A stretch of DNA of 64,000 nt, from positions 115,258,001-115,322,000 of the forward strand of contig NC_043001.1 of the NCBI RefSeq assembly GCF_006345805.1, written 5' to 3'. The notes under the pieces are model-generated. The model was not told the origin of the DNA, ran no database searches, and saw only the letters and a list, made by a program, of their open reading frames with translations. A program made the position numbers and the translations under genes. This document shows positions 1 to 12,396 of this stretch, piece by piece (the first letter of the stretch is position 1; each line of letters begins with the position of its first letter). Source of the stretch: Octopus sinensis (Eukaryota).

Positions 1-469
1 TGAATAACTAAATAAGTAAATGAAAAAATGAAAGAAGCAATGAAGGAGAAAAGGGACGAATAACAGAGAGAAAGACAGAGAGGACGACAGAGAAGAAGAC
101 AGAGAGAAGGGGTGGGAGAAAAGAGAATCTATATCACCATGGGAACAAAGCTGACACTAACGGTGTTTGCTGCATCATGTCATTTGAATAATTGATTCTG
201 GCCTCGTACATAATAACGTATCTTATACTGAGATTGTAGTGTGCTGAGGTGGGGGGGAGGGGAATTGTGAAGTAAATAGAGGGGGCGTGTTGGGGGGTAA
301 AGAGTGTGAGGGGTCAGGAAAGGAGGCGGGGAGACTGTGATAGGGAGAAGGAGAGCAAGGAGCAAATAAATACTAACGGAGATGGTAATGGTTGAAAAAT
401 GAAAAAAAAAGAAAAAAAGGAAACAGACATTCTGACACATGAAAACAGAGTTGCGCATGTGCACACGAT

Positions 470-570
470 CACACACATAAGCACACACACGCATATATAC
501 ATGTATATGTATGTGAGCATGTGCAGGTGTATGCACGTGTAGGTATGTGTGTGTGTGATATATACATGTG

Positions 571-614
<44 letters not shown>

Positions 615-800
615 TATATATATATATATACACACACATTCGTAGATACATATATGTATACACACATATACATGTATGTCTTTGTATGTATATATATTAC
701 ATACACACATATATCTGAATATGGAGATATAATATATACATAGATAGATAGATATATGTTTCTTTTTATATATGCTTGTACATACATATTTATTTTATAT
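470..800. repeat. Compound (CA)n/(TG)n/(TA)n microsatellite block
   Basis: Direct reading. It explains the YI/HT/VC-rich ORFs at 180-787. Confidence 0.95.
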
Positions 801-816
801 ATACGCTAATCTATAT

Positions 817-1213
817 AGGTGCAGGCGTTGCTATGTGGTAAGAAATTTGCTTCGCAACCACACGGTTCAAGATTGTTCCACTACGTCACACTTTGAGCAG
901 GCGTATTCAACTGTAGCCTCCGGCCGACCAAGGCCTTCCGTGTAGGTTTTGTAGACAGAAACAGAAAGAAACCCATAGTATATATCAATATATGTATATC
1001 TATGTGTGTGTGTGTCCTCCACCATTACTTAACGACCAGTGTTGGTTTGTTTATGTCCATGTAAGTTAGCGGTTCGGCAATAGTGACCGGTTGAGTAGGT
1101 ACCAGACTTTAAAAGCAATTAGTACTGGGGTTGTTTCATTCGAGCATAATTTTTCAAGGTGCCGCCCCATCATGGCCGCATTCTAATGACTGAATCAGGT
1201 AAAAGATAAAAGA
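817..1213 (+). mobile_element. tRNA-derived SINE, family A (diverged copy)
   Basis: A-box/B-box-like head (GTTGCTATGTGGTAAG...GGTTCAAGATT), internal (TA)/(TG) tract and 3' TAAAAGA repeats. Aligns by eye with copies at 5178 and 34770. Confidence 0.85.
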
Positions 1214-1654
1214 TATATAATTTGGTATTTCCGTTTAAAGTTCTTAGAATATCTGCTTAGCCACCCGAATTCATGAACCACTACCTCCAGTTCCATACAT
1301 CAATGAAAGCTAAACTTTCTGCGGTGATAGATATGAAGGTTTGCACTCTTCCGCGTAAAAATAGTAGTCAGCTATTGTTATATTCTAGCTCCTAAACTCT
1401 TTAATATCTACGTCAAGTTTGTGACTTCATCGTTACACAAAGGGTTGTACAGAGGGGCAGGTGTTACTATGAATTTATGATTTGACGATGACCCTTTTAT
1501 AATCCGAAACTTTAAACCAATCTGGCAGAATCTATGCTTTTTATTGGCATGCTACAAATTGGAAGCAAACCTCCTCCAGATCATTCCACTAATGTGTGAA
1601 ATGTCATAATGTTTGATATAGAACAAGATATAAAAATAATAATAAATGTGCCCT

Positions 1655-1893
1655 TTTAAAGCCTAGCCAGGCTCATGAGCTCAATTTCCCGGTTTCTATG
1701 GCGTGTGTGTTCACCAACTGGACCGGAAGCCAGTCCATCGCAGCGTTACTCATTTTTGCCCGCTGAATGGACTGAAGCAACGTGTAATGAAGTGTTTTGC
1801 TCAAGAACACAACACGTCGCCCGGTCCAGGAATCGAAACCACAATCTTATGATCGTGGTACTGACACCCTAACCACTAAGCCACGCGCCTCCA
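1655..1893 (-). mobile_element. tRNA-derived SINE, family C
   Basis: Minus strand begins GTGGAGGCGCGTGGCTTAGTGGTTAGGGTG...GTGGTTTCGATTCCTGG (A and B boxes), then GTGTTCTTGAGCAAAACACTT. The head and middle are shared with the copy at 60215-60515. Confidence 0.85.
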
Positions 1894-2946
1894 CAGTACA
1901 AGATATAGTCTATCAAAATATTGATAAAATATCACATAGTCGGGAGCACAACGCTTTTAATCATACGTACACTCTATCAGAGACGATGAAGGATGAAACA
2001 CCACCGGCGACAACAACACAACCGTTATAAAGTTGCTGGCCATTACCAAGCTGAGATTTTAAGGGATATTGATATGCAGTATTTTGATAACTTTCACTGT
2101 TAGTACACATTCCAGAAACCCTAGATATCATTATCTGCGCTTTTGTTATAACATTTACAAGAATGGACTTGATAATTAACATCCAGGTAACTGAGCTAAA
2201 TGACGCATTTAAAAACTACCTCTGCCGACATTGTCGATACAGAAGCAACAACAAATTAGCTATATAGTGTCCAGATTCAGTTACTCAGGCGGCAGCATCG
2301 CCACCGAAGTCACATTGGACGAGATACTTCAAACCTGACTTATGGCAGGTCTCTCTAAACCTCTATTTCTACTTCCATAGAAAGGTTTTCGCCTACAGTG
2401 CAGTTAGGACTTCTATTTTCTTAAATAGGATCAAAACATAGGACTACATACAGCCACATCAAGGTGCGGAGACTCTAAACATCCAGTGCTTCTAAATGAC
2501 TTTCAGCTGCCTAAATAGATCGTCTGTTGAAACAAAACCAGCAACATTAGATCCACACAGCACAAATCAAAACAAAGACAAATCGAATATTTATTAAATT
2601 GACGTCATAACAGATATTTCCTTCAATTTCTTCAGATTATAACGGTATTTTAATTTGAATTTAACCAGTTAATGGAAGCCCTGTATAAAAGATCTGATAT
2701 CTGAGCTTCGCGAGGATCTGCAAGTATATATTATTTCTGTTCTGGTTGGTGTTGTTGAACCCTTGATCGTCTCAAACGGAGTGGACATATGACCAAAGGC
2801 GTTGCACTCCTGAACATGATATATTTTTAGGTAGACTATACCAAGGACTATATCAAACAAAGTGACGTTCTCTGATTAAGTATTTTGATGAATAATTTAC
2901 AATTTAATCTTGAAATAAATGGACAACAAATGAATTATACACAGGA

Positions 2947-3093
2947 CTTAGCGGTTCGGCAAAAGAGACCGATAAAATAAGTACTGGGCTTACAAAAGAA
3001 TAAGTCCCGGGGTCGAGTTGCTCGATTAAAGGCGGTGCTCCAGCATGGCCGCAGTCAAATGACTGAAACAAGTAAAAGAGAAAGAGAGAAAGA
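2947..3093 (+). mobile_element. SINE family A, 3' half
   Basis: CTTAGCGGTTCGGCAAAAGAGACCGAT...GGCGGTGCTCCAGCATGGCCGCAGTCAAATGACTGAAAC matches the other A copies. Confidence 0.9.
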
Positions 3094-3218
3094 GGACGTT
3101 CATTGCATGCTTATCATTTTAGAGTTAATTGCCATATTGCAAGAAAGAGGAGAGTGAAATATCTAATTCGGCAATTTAGGCAGTAAGTCTACAAACATTG
3201 TTTCACTGTAAGAAGATA

Positions 3219-3738
3219 GAGTAATACTTCACTTTACAAGGACCCGCTTTACGAGACTCCGGGTTTGAGTTTTTTGGGGGTTTTTTTCAAGTACATAATC
3301 CAAATTTTGAATGAAGTGCAAAAGTTTCTATCATAAATGCTTCTGTGTGTTAGCGAGAAATTTATAGAGATCGAACAACTGTAGACTTGCTTTTTAAAAA
3401 GAAATCAGCGCATGTGAATCGGCGATCGCGTCTGCAAGTGATGGCGCGCGCGAGTCTAATGCGAGTGGAAGGGATTCAGAAAACGATTATATCTATTTTT
3501 TATTATAAACGATATTTTGACATTCTTATTACTTTAGATAAAATATCCTTTGCATTCTACTGCTGTTTCATTGCCATTTATTTACGAGTATTTTAAATTT
3601 TATAGTTAAAATATTATTCTGGGAACGAATTACGATTTATAATATTGCTACTAGTGGCAACTATTGTTCTTCTTTAGGATTTTTCGCTTTACGAGCGGTC
3701 TCCGGGAACAAATTAATTCGTATGTCGAAGCATTACCG
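3219..3738. mobile_element. pogo/Tigger-like MITE, copy 1
   Basis: Imperfect TIRs (GAGTAATACTTCACTTTACAA / reverse complement CGGTAATGCTTCGACATACGA) flanked by TA. Internal sequence is homologous to 31874-32675 in the opposite orientation. Confidence 0.65.
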
Positions 3739-4275
3739 TAATTGAAATTTTAATAAAAATACTAACTTCATATATTGATAACTCAGGAAACACAAGGGTG
3801 GGATGGGGAATATTAAAATATACTGCTCACGAAAAATTACAAGTTTCAGAAGAGAAATATACACAAACAAATTTTAATCAGAAGCAAAACAAAACAAATT
3901 GTAAATAATCATAAAATCTCATTACAAATAATTCATAAACAAAACGAAAAAAATAGTAACCATAGGTAATAAACAATAGAAAAAAACTTCAGAAAAACGA
4001 CAGACATACAATACGAAAATTGCTTAAAAATAGACTCAGCTAGACATTTTTCTTCAGTCAGTTACAAAGCACTAGCGGCACAAGCAAAAAATATTTTATT
4101 TTCATTTGGAGTGTTCATGTGTTGACAAAATTTAGTTACCTTTAAAGATCTTAGTCAGTAAATGACACAAAACATAGATGGAACAATATCATTTAAACAA
4201 ATAACACATTTAATAAATTTCGTTTTTGGATTTGGTTTGCAAGATTCTTTATATGAGTTTGTGTGTTGAAGCATA

Positions 4276-4492
4276 TTCTGCTGTGTCTGGGGAGAGTCAT
4301 TTTTCTTTTAGTACCTTATTATTTAACACACTCACCGATAAAATTTCCAGAGAGTCAAAACTATTGAAAAGGTTGCAAGACGCAACGAAAATTTTAGGAA
4401 AATAAAAAGTCGAAATAAGTGGAAATTTTACCGGTGGGTGTGTTAAATAATAAGGTACTAAAAGAGAATGACTCTCCCCAGACACAACAGAA
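4276..4492. repeat. Fold-back inverted repeat (~73-bp arms, ~70-bp spacer) with a degenerate hammerhead in the spacer
   Basis: 4276-4349 is the near-perfect reverse complement of 4420-4492. Spacer reads TTGAAAA-G-GTTGC-AAGAC-GCAAC-GAAA. Confidence 0.85.
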
Positions 4493-4926
4493 CATTTAAT
4501 AAAGATATTAAATGAAAATACACATCTTTTACACCATATTAATATAAATGATATATACATGTATACATGCAAGAACACACATACACACACTTACTGACAA
4601 CACAAAGACCCGGTACAGATACTGCAAAGCATATACTCGACACTACCAGTTCGACCAATCTACCGCAACGTGGATTGGTACTATATTGTGTCTACCATCG
4701 TAAGCCGCTCGCTAATCACGATGTTCTATCCTTTCTCTGTATTGCGTAATGTCTCTTGAAGTCTCACCTGTCTCATATTTTGTTCCTATAACCATCAACT
4801 TACAATTATTCAACCTGATCTATGTATATAAAATGCATAGGGAGAGTTTACAAAAAAAACAAAAGACGAAGACAGGTGGTGTACAAACAAACAGGTGTAT
4901 TAGTATAGCGCTCAGGAATAGAAAAA

Positions 4927-4968
4927 GTCTTTTACGTTTCGAGCCTACGCTCTTCTACAGAAAGGGAC
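4927..4968 (-). ncRNA. Minimal type I hammerhead-like motif, core variant (A6 to U)
   Basis: Minus strand: CTTT-CTGTAGA-A-GAGC-GTAG-GCTC-GAAA-CG-TA-AAAG. Stem I 4 bp, stem II 4 bp, palindromic ACGT stem III, GUA site. Confidence 0.6.
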
Positions 4969-5177
4969 ACAGAAAAAACAAGGAGAGAAACAAGTAGAGA
5001 AAAAAAGGAGAGAAAAAAGGAGAGAAAAAAGAAGAGAAAAAAAGGAGAGAAAAATGCATGTTCAAAATGCCGTGGTGTATGGTCGAATCCAGAACCGAAT
5101 GGTTACGAATCAAACCTCCTAACACGCCTGCATTTTTCCTACCTAAATAACAAGCACTTTCATTAAAAATAGTAACT

Positions 5178-5341
5178 AGGCGTAGGAGTGGCTGTGTGGT
5201 AAGTAGCTTGCTTACGAGCCACATGGTTCCGGGTTCAGTCCCACTGCGTGACACCTTGGGCAAGTGTCTTCTACTATAGCCTCGGGCCGACCAAAGCCTT
5301 GTGAGTGGATTTGGTAGACGGAAACTGAAAGAAACCCGTCG

Positions 5342-5382
<41 letters not shown>

Positions 5383-5590
5383 TTGTGCGTCAGTGTTTGT
5401 CCCCCCAACATCACTTGAAAACCGACGGTGGTGTGTTTACGTCCCCGTAACTTAGCGGTTCGGCAAAAGGGAACGATAGAATAAGTACTAGGCTTACACA
5501 GAATAATTCCTGGGGTCGATTTGCTCGACTAAAGGCGATGCTCCAGCATGGCCACAGTCAAATGACTGAAACAATTAAAAGAGTAAAAGA
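5178..5590 (+). mobile_element. SINE family A, full length
   Basis: GGCGTAGGAGTGGCTGTGTGGTAAG...GGTTCCGGGTTCAGTCCC head, internal (TG)n and TAAAAGAG tail. Confidence 0.92.
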
Positions 5591-7497
5591 ATATTTAAAG
5601 AAAAATAACCTTTAAAATTAGTCTAGAAATGTAAATATTGCTGTCGTCGTGGTTGTCGTAATTGTTGATACATCTTTTGCCTCAGGTGAGATCTGGATAT
5701 AGTAACCTATACTTGCAAAACGTTCCATCCGTGACCATCCCGTTTATTTTTTCAACAGCTGCAATGTATTTATCACTACATCATATGATGCATCATTTAA
5801 TTAAGTCAGTAGGATATGATTTAAAGAAGATTTGCTTGCTATTTCTAAAAGTTCTAACGACTACGTAAAGGCTTCGTTACCTCGTCCAGAAGTGAATGTA
5901 TATCAAATGTACGTTAATAGCTGACTACAATACATTTATTTATTTCCCATTTTCTGCCTTGTGTTCTAATCATTTAAATGGATTGCATTTATTTTTCATC
6001 AAACAATGTTCAACTCCACCACACATTGTTTCACTGTCCCACGATAACACAGATTATTTAACCTAGGGAGTTTGATTTTGTTATAACCATTCTAGCGGAC
6101 AGCAGTACATTATCTTGTGTTTACTAAATTCCTGTCCAAAACATCAACAGTGCAGCAGCAACAGCAGCAGCAGCAGCAGCATCAACAACAACAAACAATG
6201 GTTATTACTAAGCGCAACAACAACTACAACAACTTTGAATTTTGATGCTTCTGACTATCATTCAGCCTTCCCGAAATCCATATTGGATTATCTTTTACAG
6301 ACATTAAGGTAATCACGGATGATTGGCAGACAGGACCGAGAATAATACTCCATTGAAATGCAACATCATTTATTCAAACTCTGCTATTTCCCTCAGGAGA
6401 CTTCTGTCTTGCACTTGTTACATTTCAAACCGTCAGTGTAACACGCTGATATCTAATCTTTCGTCATGGATGTGAATTCTCTATGTTGAAATATAAATTC
6501 GAAATGATTCATAGAAGCTGTCGTCTACACGGCTTAGCTTTACAGTTGATGCATTTGTTAAAGTATTGCTGTCCACTTGTTCTATGAAAATCAGAATGAC
6601 TTTATTTTCTCGTTACTGGGAAATGTGGTTGGTAGCTACGTGAGGATGTGATAGACCTGTGAGTATGTGTTTAACGCTAGTTATATGAATACTAAAAGTA
6701 GAAGCGAAATGATCCAGTGAGTAAGACATTGATTATCAAATCATGAAGCATAAGTTCAAATTTGCTTCTGGTGTCTTCATTGCACCTTTGCTCATAACTA
6801 TTATTCTATCAACCATTCACAACGGAGAGAGTCTCTACGTCATCACTTGACTACAAAAACTAGTATATAAATGTCCCTGAAAATAATTCCACACGTTTTT
6901 GTTCAACAAACTATAGAAATTAACACAAGGAAATATGTTAAGTGCGATGTACTAGTGTCATTATTATACTCTGATATATTCAGACTAGGAACTAATATCT
7001 GATGTTATAGTCAGACTAGGGACTTATCTTTGTTGTTTCGGATGGTACGAAAGCGTCATATCCAAGAAGAGCTTTGTTTGCAATCTCGTAACTTTCTCAA
7101 GAAGTCCAAAGAAATTATATATAGCAACTAGAATTCTATATGTAACTGCACTGATATGTCGAAAAACAGCGAATTTAAACACTTCACGCATCCCTTTTCT
7201 GTCGAAGCTATACTTATCGGAGGTGAACTCAGACATGAGAGTAAATAAAATGCTCGCCATTTAATCGGTGCTCTCATTGTTTCTAGCAGAGGACTATGCA
7301 TATACAAGTGATACTATTTTGAAAGTAGGGATAAATTTGATTGAATGAAAAGCAGTAAATGTATTGATACCAATTCTAGAAGGTTAAAAAGTAAAGTTTA
7401 CTCCAAATAGGATTTTAACTCACATCATAGGAAGACAAAAATAGAATTGATTGATATGAAGCTGCTGCTCTACTTTGTCTACTAATCCATTACCACA

Positions 7498-7618
<121 letters not shown>

Positions 7619-7705
7619 ATTATCATTATTATTATTTGAGGGGATATAAATCCAAACTTACTGGGAAAAAATTCAATTTAGAAATACTAAATCAAATTTC
7701 GCACA

Positions 7706-7752
<47 letters not shown>

Positions 7753-8028
7753 CCTCTTATCAATTCAAAATGAACAATTGAATTACACCATCTAGAAGAT
7801 TACATATAATAGAAATATTAAAATTAAAATAACAATAAAATATCAATCATGAAGGAAATCGCAAAAAAATAATAAAAACGTATAAATTTGGTAGAATAAC
7901 ATATATATATATATATATAAGGATAAGATCATTATTTCAGATATCCGTCTTATCAAGTGGCCAGCATAAGAATAAAAATCTTCAAAGGTAATAATTATTA
8001 TTAAAATTATAATTTAGGGTATCTTAGA

Positions 8029-8147
8029 GATACGACCACGCTAGAAATAGCTGCTAAATCTTTGACTCTAATACCACTAGTGCTCTATGAACATTTAATG
8101 TGGTTTTAGAGTCAAGATTTGGCTGCTATTTCCAGCGTGGTGGTATC
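8029..8147. repeat. MITE-like hairpin (~48-bp arms, ~22-nt loop)
   Basis: GATACGACCACGCTAGAAATAGCTGCTAAATCTTTGACTCTAATACCAC versus the reverse complement of 8100-8147, with few mismatches. The CTAGAAATAGCAGCCAAATC-like motif recurs at ~5820, 38715, 61675 and 62125. Confidence 0.8.
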
Positions 8148-8195
8148 AGATAGCCTAAATTATAATTTTCATATATATATATATGAAAAGTTCGT

Positions 8196-8262
8196 TATTT
8201 CTATATTGAATCAATTTCGGAATTAATCTCATAATAGATTTTTTCCTCTTCAGTAGAAAATA
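8196..8262 (-). ncRNA. Type I hammerhead ribozyme, canonical core
   Basis: Minus strand: TATTTTCTA-CTGAAGA-GGAA...TTCC-GAAA-TTGA-T-TCAA-TA|TAGAAATA. Stem I 8 bp with one bulge, stem II G10.1-C11.1 4 bp plus inner AATCT/AGATT, AUA site. Predicted cut between 8204 and 8203. Confidence 0.85.
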
Positions 8263-9034
8263 CGAAAAGACATAAATGAAATACTTACAAGCGCCCATGG
8301 AAAAAAGCCGACGCAAAAATCATAAGTACATATAAGTACCCCAGATATATCTAAATATAAAATCCTTTGGTCAGCCTCAGCACACATGTGAACTGTTCCC
8401 CACTACAGCTTATAGTGGTTACCAGTCCCTATAGCGAATAGTAATAAGTGCTTCAGAGAAACCAAATCCTTGCGAGTGAAATTTATTAGATAGAAATGTA
8501 TGGAAACTTATTTGGAGGATATTCCTCTATTGTTAAACATTAGATGTAATCCGTTTCCCGGTTTAACACCACCACATTATCTCTAGGTGATTTTCGCAGA
8601 ATCCAGTCTGTTACTAGTATTAACGCTTCGAATACTTTCTCTGTTTTTCTCACTATTTATATTTGTTCTGAAAGGGTCAAGGTATAAAATGCTAAGGTCA
8701 AGCTAATAGATATAAAGTGAATCATATAAGCTCTGTACATGAGAGGGACTAAAATTATCGATCCCAAAGAATGAACAGCAAATTCAGTCATTAAGAGATT
8801 CTAAATTTTGTCGTTGGAGATTGTGTAAGAGCTCGTTAGAGGGACCTTCCGATTTTTGGGTAGTAGACTTAATCCTTCATCCGGATTAGCACCTTTTGTA
8901 TGTCACACCACCGAAACCTAATGGATGCGGCAGGATGCTCTCCTCCGTCATTCATCGATGTGGATTCTGTTGATGAATTAGCTGAATTACCTGCTCCTGA
9001 ATTAACGTGTAAGTGCCCAAGCAGGTACTATACC

Positions 9035-9268
9035 TATTTCTTTACTACCCACAAGGGGTTAAACACAGAGAGGACAAACAAGGGCAGACAAACGGATCAA
9101 GTCGATTATATCGACCCCAGTGCGTAACTGGTACTTAATTTATCGACCCCGAAAGGATGAAAGGCAAAGTCAACTTCGGCGGAATTTGAACTCAGAGCGT
9201 AACGGCAGACGAAATACGGCTACGCATTTCGCCCGGCGTGCTAACGTTTCTGCCAGCTCGCCGCCCTC
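9035..9268 (-). mobile_element. SINE family B (young subfamily), full length with 14-bp target-site duplication
   Basis: Head GGCGGCGAGCTGGCAGAAACGTTAGCACG...GAGTTCAAATTCC, tail AAAGAAATA. GCAGGTACTATACC is duplicated at 9021-9034 and 9272-9285. Confidence 0.92.
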
Positions 9269-10576
9269 CAGGCAGGTACTATACCATTAATGTAATCGTC
9301 AGTCAGAACCAACATGACAGAATGTTCGTCAAAGATGTACATTTTTGAATTACTGCGCAATTTCATCCAACTAGTTTCTACACAATTTGTATCTACCCAT
9401 TTTCACTCACAAGCTATGAGTGAAGACGGTGCAACAGAAAAAATTCTATTTGCCTAAGATGCCACGAAACGTAATCGAACCCGTGACCTTGTTGTTAGCC
9501 ATACGGATATAATACTAATTAACTAAAAACCTATAGTACACTCATTACATTAAGTATACTAGCCTTCACTTCAGTAAAGGCTTAACGAACGTCAATAAAA
9601 GCCAGCTTGTCAATAGAAATCATAATTATTTCAGTTTTTTTTTTCTTTTTTGTTCCTGTTGTTGATGTTATTTTTCTCTCTTGCAGTCATTGATATTTTC
9701 CTTATCTCATATCAATCATAATTTCCTTATCAATTCTATTTGCTGTCAGTACGACTGACCACATCACATTAAGGTAACCTTTGAAGTGGATGTTATTCTA
9801 CCGGCATACATTTATATTGATACATATACACACGTACACTCACACACATATATACATACATACACACATACACATACATAAAAATATATGTATATATATA
9901 TATACATAGCGAGAGGGGGAAATAGAAGCATAGAGAGATGTATATAAATGTTTATACGTTCATATATATATATATACATATGTATAAGTATGTGCATTTA
10001 TATGTGTATAGGTGTGTGAGTCTCTGTCCGTCTGTTTGTGTGTGTGTAATGGTCTATTTTACAATTTCATAGCCCGTTCTCACCCATCTCCAGCCCCCTG
10101 CTAAGTAAACTTATAATACTAAAACCGAAACAATAATAAATAAATAAATATAAATAAATAAAATAAATAAATAAATAAAATGAAAGCTACAGTATAGTTC
10201 TGACTAAAAGTAAACACAGAGAAAACTAATTCCAGTCCATCATATAACGTCTGACAACGTTAGCTAATATTAGATGTAATTTAGGTGACAGCATTAATTA
10301 TGGATATCAGCAATGTTCATTCCAAAATTCTGAAAGAATACGAACCCTATATTTGCCATCTCACGGTCGAGCACTTTCAAGTGTGATAGTTTAAAAACTG
10401 AAAGAAGGAATTTGAGTTTATACCGCCTTTCATTTGTCTTGAGAGATTTCATTTCAAATTTTTGGTAAAGTTCAGTGTATAGCACAGGTAGACATTCCTA
10501 CTGTTTTCTCTTTTCCATTATCTGGTGCGTGTCTATAATTTATTCACACATGTATGTCAGAAACGGGATATCATGT

Positions 10577-10830
10577 CTAGCAGTATCGCCCGGCGTTTCT
10601 CTGGTTTGTTTCGACCCTTAAGAATTGAAATTTTTGAAAAGTAAAATTTCTGTACTATGTAGCTTGTTATTCTCTTTAAGTGAACATTTTTCTGGTTGAA
10701 ATACACCGAAAAATGGCGACACAGCAGTCAGATATTCGTAAAAAAATAGATATTTTCATAGAAAAAAAGCACCTTTTGATGTAAATAATTTTTGGTCTTA
10801 ACATGGTCCGATTTGAATTTTATCTACTAC
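10577..10830. mobile_element. Helitron/Helentron-like non-autonomous element fragment
   Basis: Terminal motif CTAGCAGTATCGCCCGGCGTTTCTCTGG resembles the ACTAG..CCCGGCGTTGCCCGGG termini of such elements. Related motifs at 24503-24535 and 59227. Confidence 0.45.
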
Positions 10831-11157
10831 GCAATGACGAGCAAGCCTTCTTCTGTCATACTCTTAATTTTGGTCAACTTGCACCACAGGGTCTCGGAGG
10901 AGATAGTGTTAGTTGAAGGCTACCAAACCTGCCACACACAGACAACTTCAGCTTTATATATAGAGAGATTATCGACTACGAAAGACGAAGAAAGAATATT
11001 GCATTAGAATTCTAAATCTGAAACTACAAAAGGAAGTAGTCAACACCATTGCTACAAACAACTTCCTGTACACGGATTGCTTCATAGCGAATTCAAAATG
11101 TTGGACAACGAAAACGCTTATGCACGTTACAAAAACTTCCTTCCAAAGAGTTCGCAT

Positions 11158-11360
11158 CATCTTTTATTCTCTATCTTTTATTTGTTTCGCATAGGAATAC
11201 GACCATGCTGCAGCACTGCCTTGAAGATTCTTAGTCGAACAAATCAACCCTAGTACTGATACTTGTTTTATCGGTCGCTTTTTGCTGAACCTCCATATTA
11301 CAGGTACGTAAACAAACCAGCGCCGATGTCAAGATGTGTAGGGTGAGACACAAACAAAGA
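11158..11360 (-). mobile_element. SINE family A, diverged 3' half
   Basis: Reverse complement of the family A tail (GACCATGCTGCAGCACTGCC...TTTTGCTGAACC). Confidence 0.7.
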
Positions 11361-11387
11361 CATATGCACATACATATACATACATAC

Positions 11388-11450
<63 letters not shown>

Positions 11451-11637
11451 TTAACAATTAAGGATAATCTCTTAATAAGGGATCTTACAAGAAATTATCG
11501 GGCAGCTAGCGTGAAAACCTCATAAAAGAAAAGAATTCGAAAATAATTTTTTTCTTTTGAACAAATTAATTATATCTATATTGTATAGAGGGCATTATTA
11601 CACATAAATGGCATTTATGTGTAATAATGCCCTCTAT

Positions 11638-11690
<53 letters not shown>

Positions 11691-11846
11691 AAGGCGGGCT
11701 CCTTTCATTTTCCGTCAACTAAATCCATTGACGAGATTTTGGTTGGGCAAAGGTTATAATTTAAAGACAGCTGCCCAAGGTTCCATGCGTGAGACGGAAC
11801 CGTAATCTTCTTACCATACAAGCATATGTGTGTGTGTGCGCGCGCG

Positions 11847-11885
<39 letters not shown>

Positions 11886-12001
11886 GTGTGTGTGTGTAAG
11901 TTAGTAGTTTTAGATTTTGGCACAAGCGGGGTTGCAAATAATCGATTATATTGACCCCAGTGTCAAACTGGTACTTAAATGTATTCGCTACCTTAAATGT
12001 A

Positions 12002-12396
12002 TCTTTTACTCTTTTATTCTTTTACTTGTTTCATTCATTTGACTGCGGCCATGCCGGACCAATGCCATTAGTCGAAGAAATCGACTCAGGCCTTATTCTG
12101 TGTAAGCCTGGTACTTATTCTATCGTTCTCATTTTGCTGAACGGGGGCGTAAACACATCAACATCGGTTGTCAAGCGATGGAGGGGGGACAAACACAAAC
12201 ACAAAGACACACACAAATATATATACATATATGCATGCACGACAGGCTTCTTTCAGTTTCTGTTTACCAAATCCACTCACAAGGCTTTGGTCGGCCCGAG
12301 GATATAAAAGAAGACACTTACTCAAGGTGTCACGCAGTAGGACTGAACCCGACACCGTGTGGCTGGAAAGCAAGTTTTTACTACACAGCCATGCCT
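12002..12396 (-). mobile_element. SINE family A, full length
   Basis: Reverse complement of head (ACTGAACCCGACACCGTGTGG...ACACAGCCATGCC) and tail (CTTTTACT repeats). Confidence 0.88.

Noticed and set aside
180-787. Long ORFs such as 176 aa and 157 aa, and similar YI/VC/HT-rich ORFs throughout the window
   Set aside because: They are translations of (TA)n, (CA)n and (CATA)n microsatellites, which lack stop codons in some frames.
7024-7260. 78-aa minus-strand ORF with protein-like composition
   Set aside because: No recognisable homology or splice context, and the length is within chance expectation.
8800-9020. Ser/Gly-rich open frame on the minus strand (HLHVNSGAGNSANSSTEST...)
   Set aside because: No convincing splice sites, interrupted upstream by a SINE, and not recognised.
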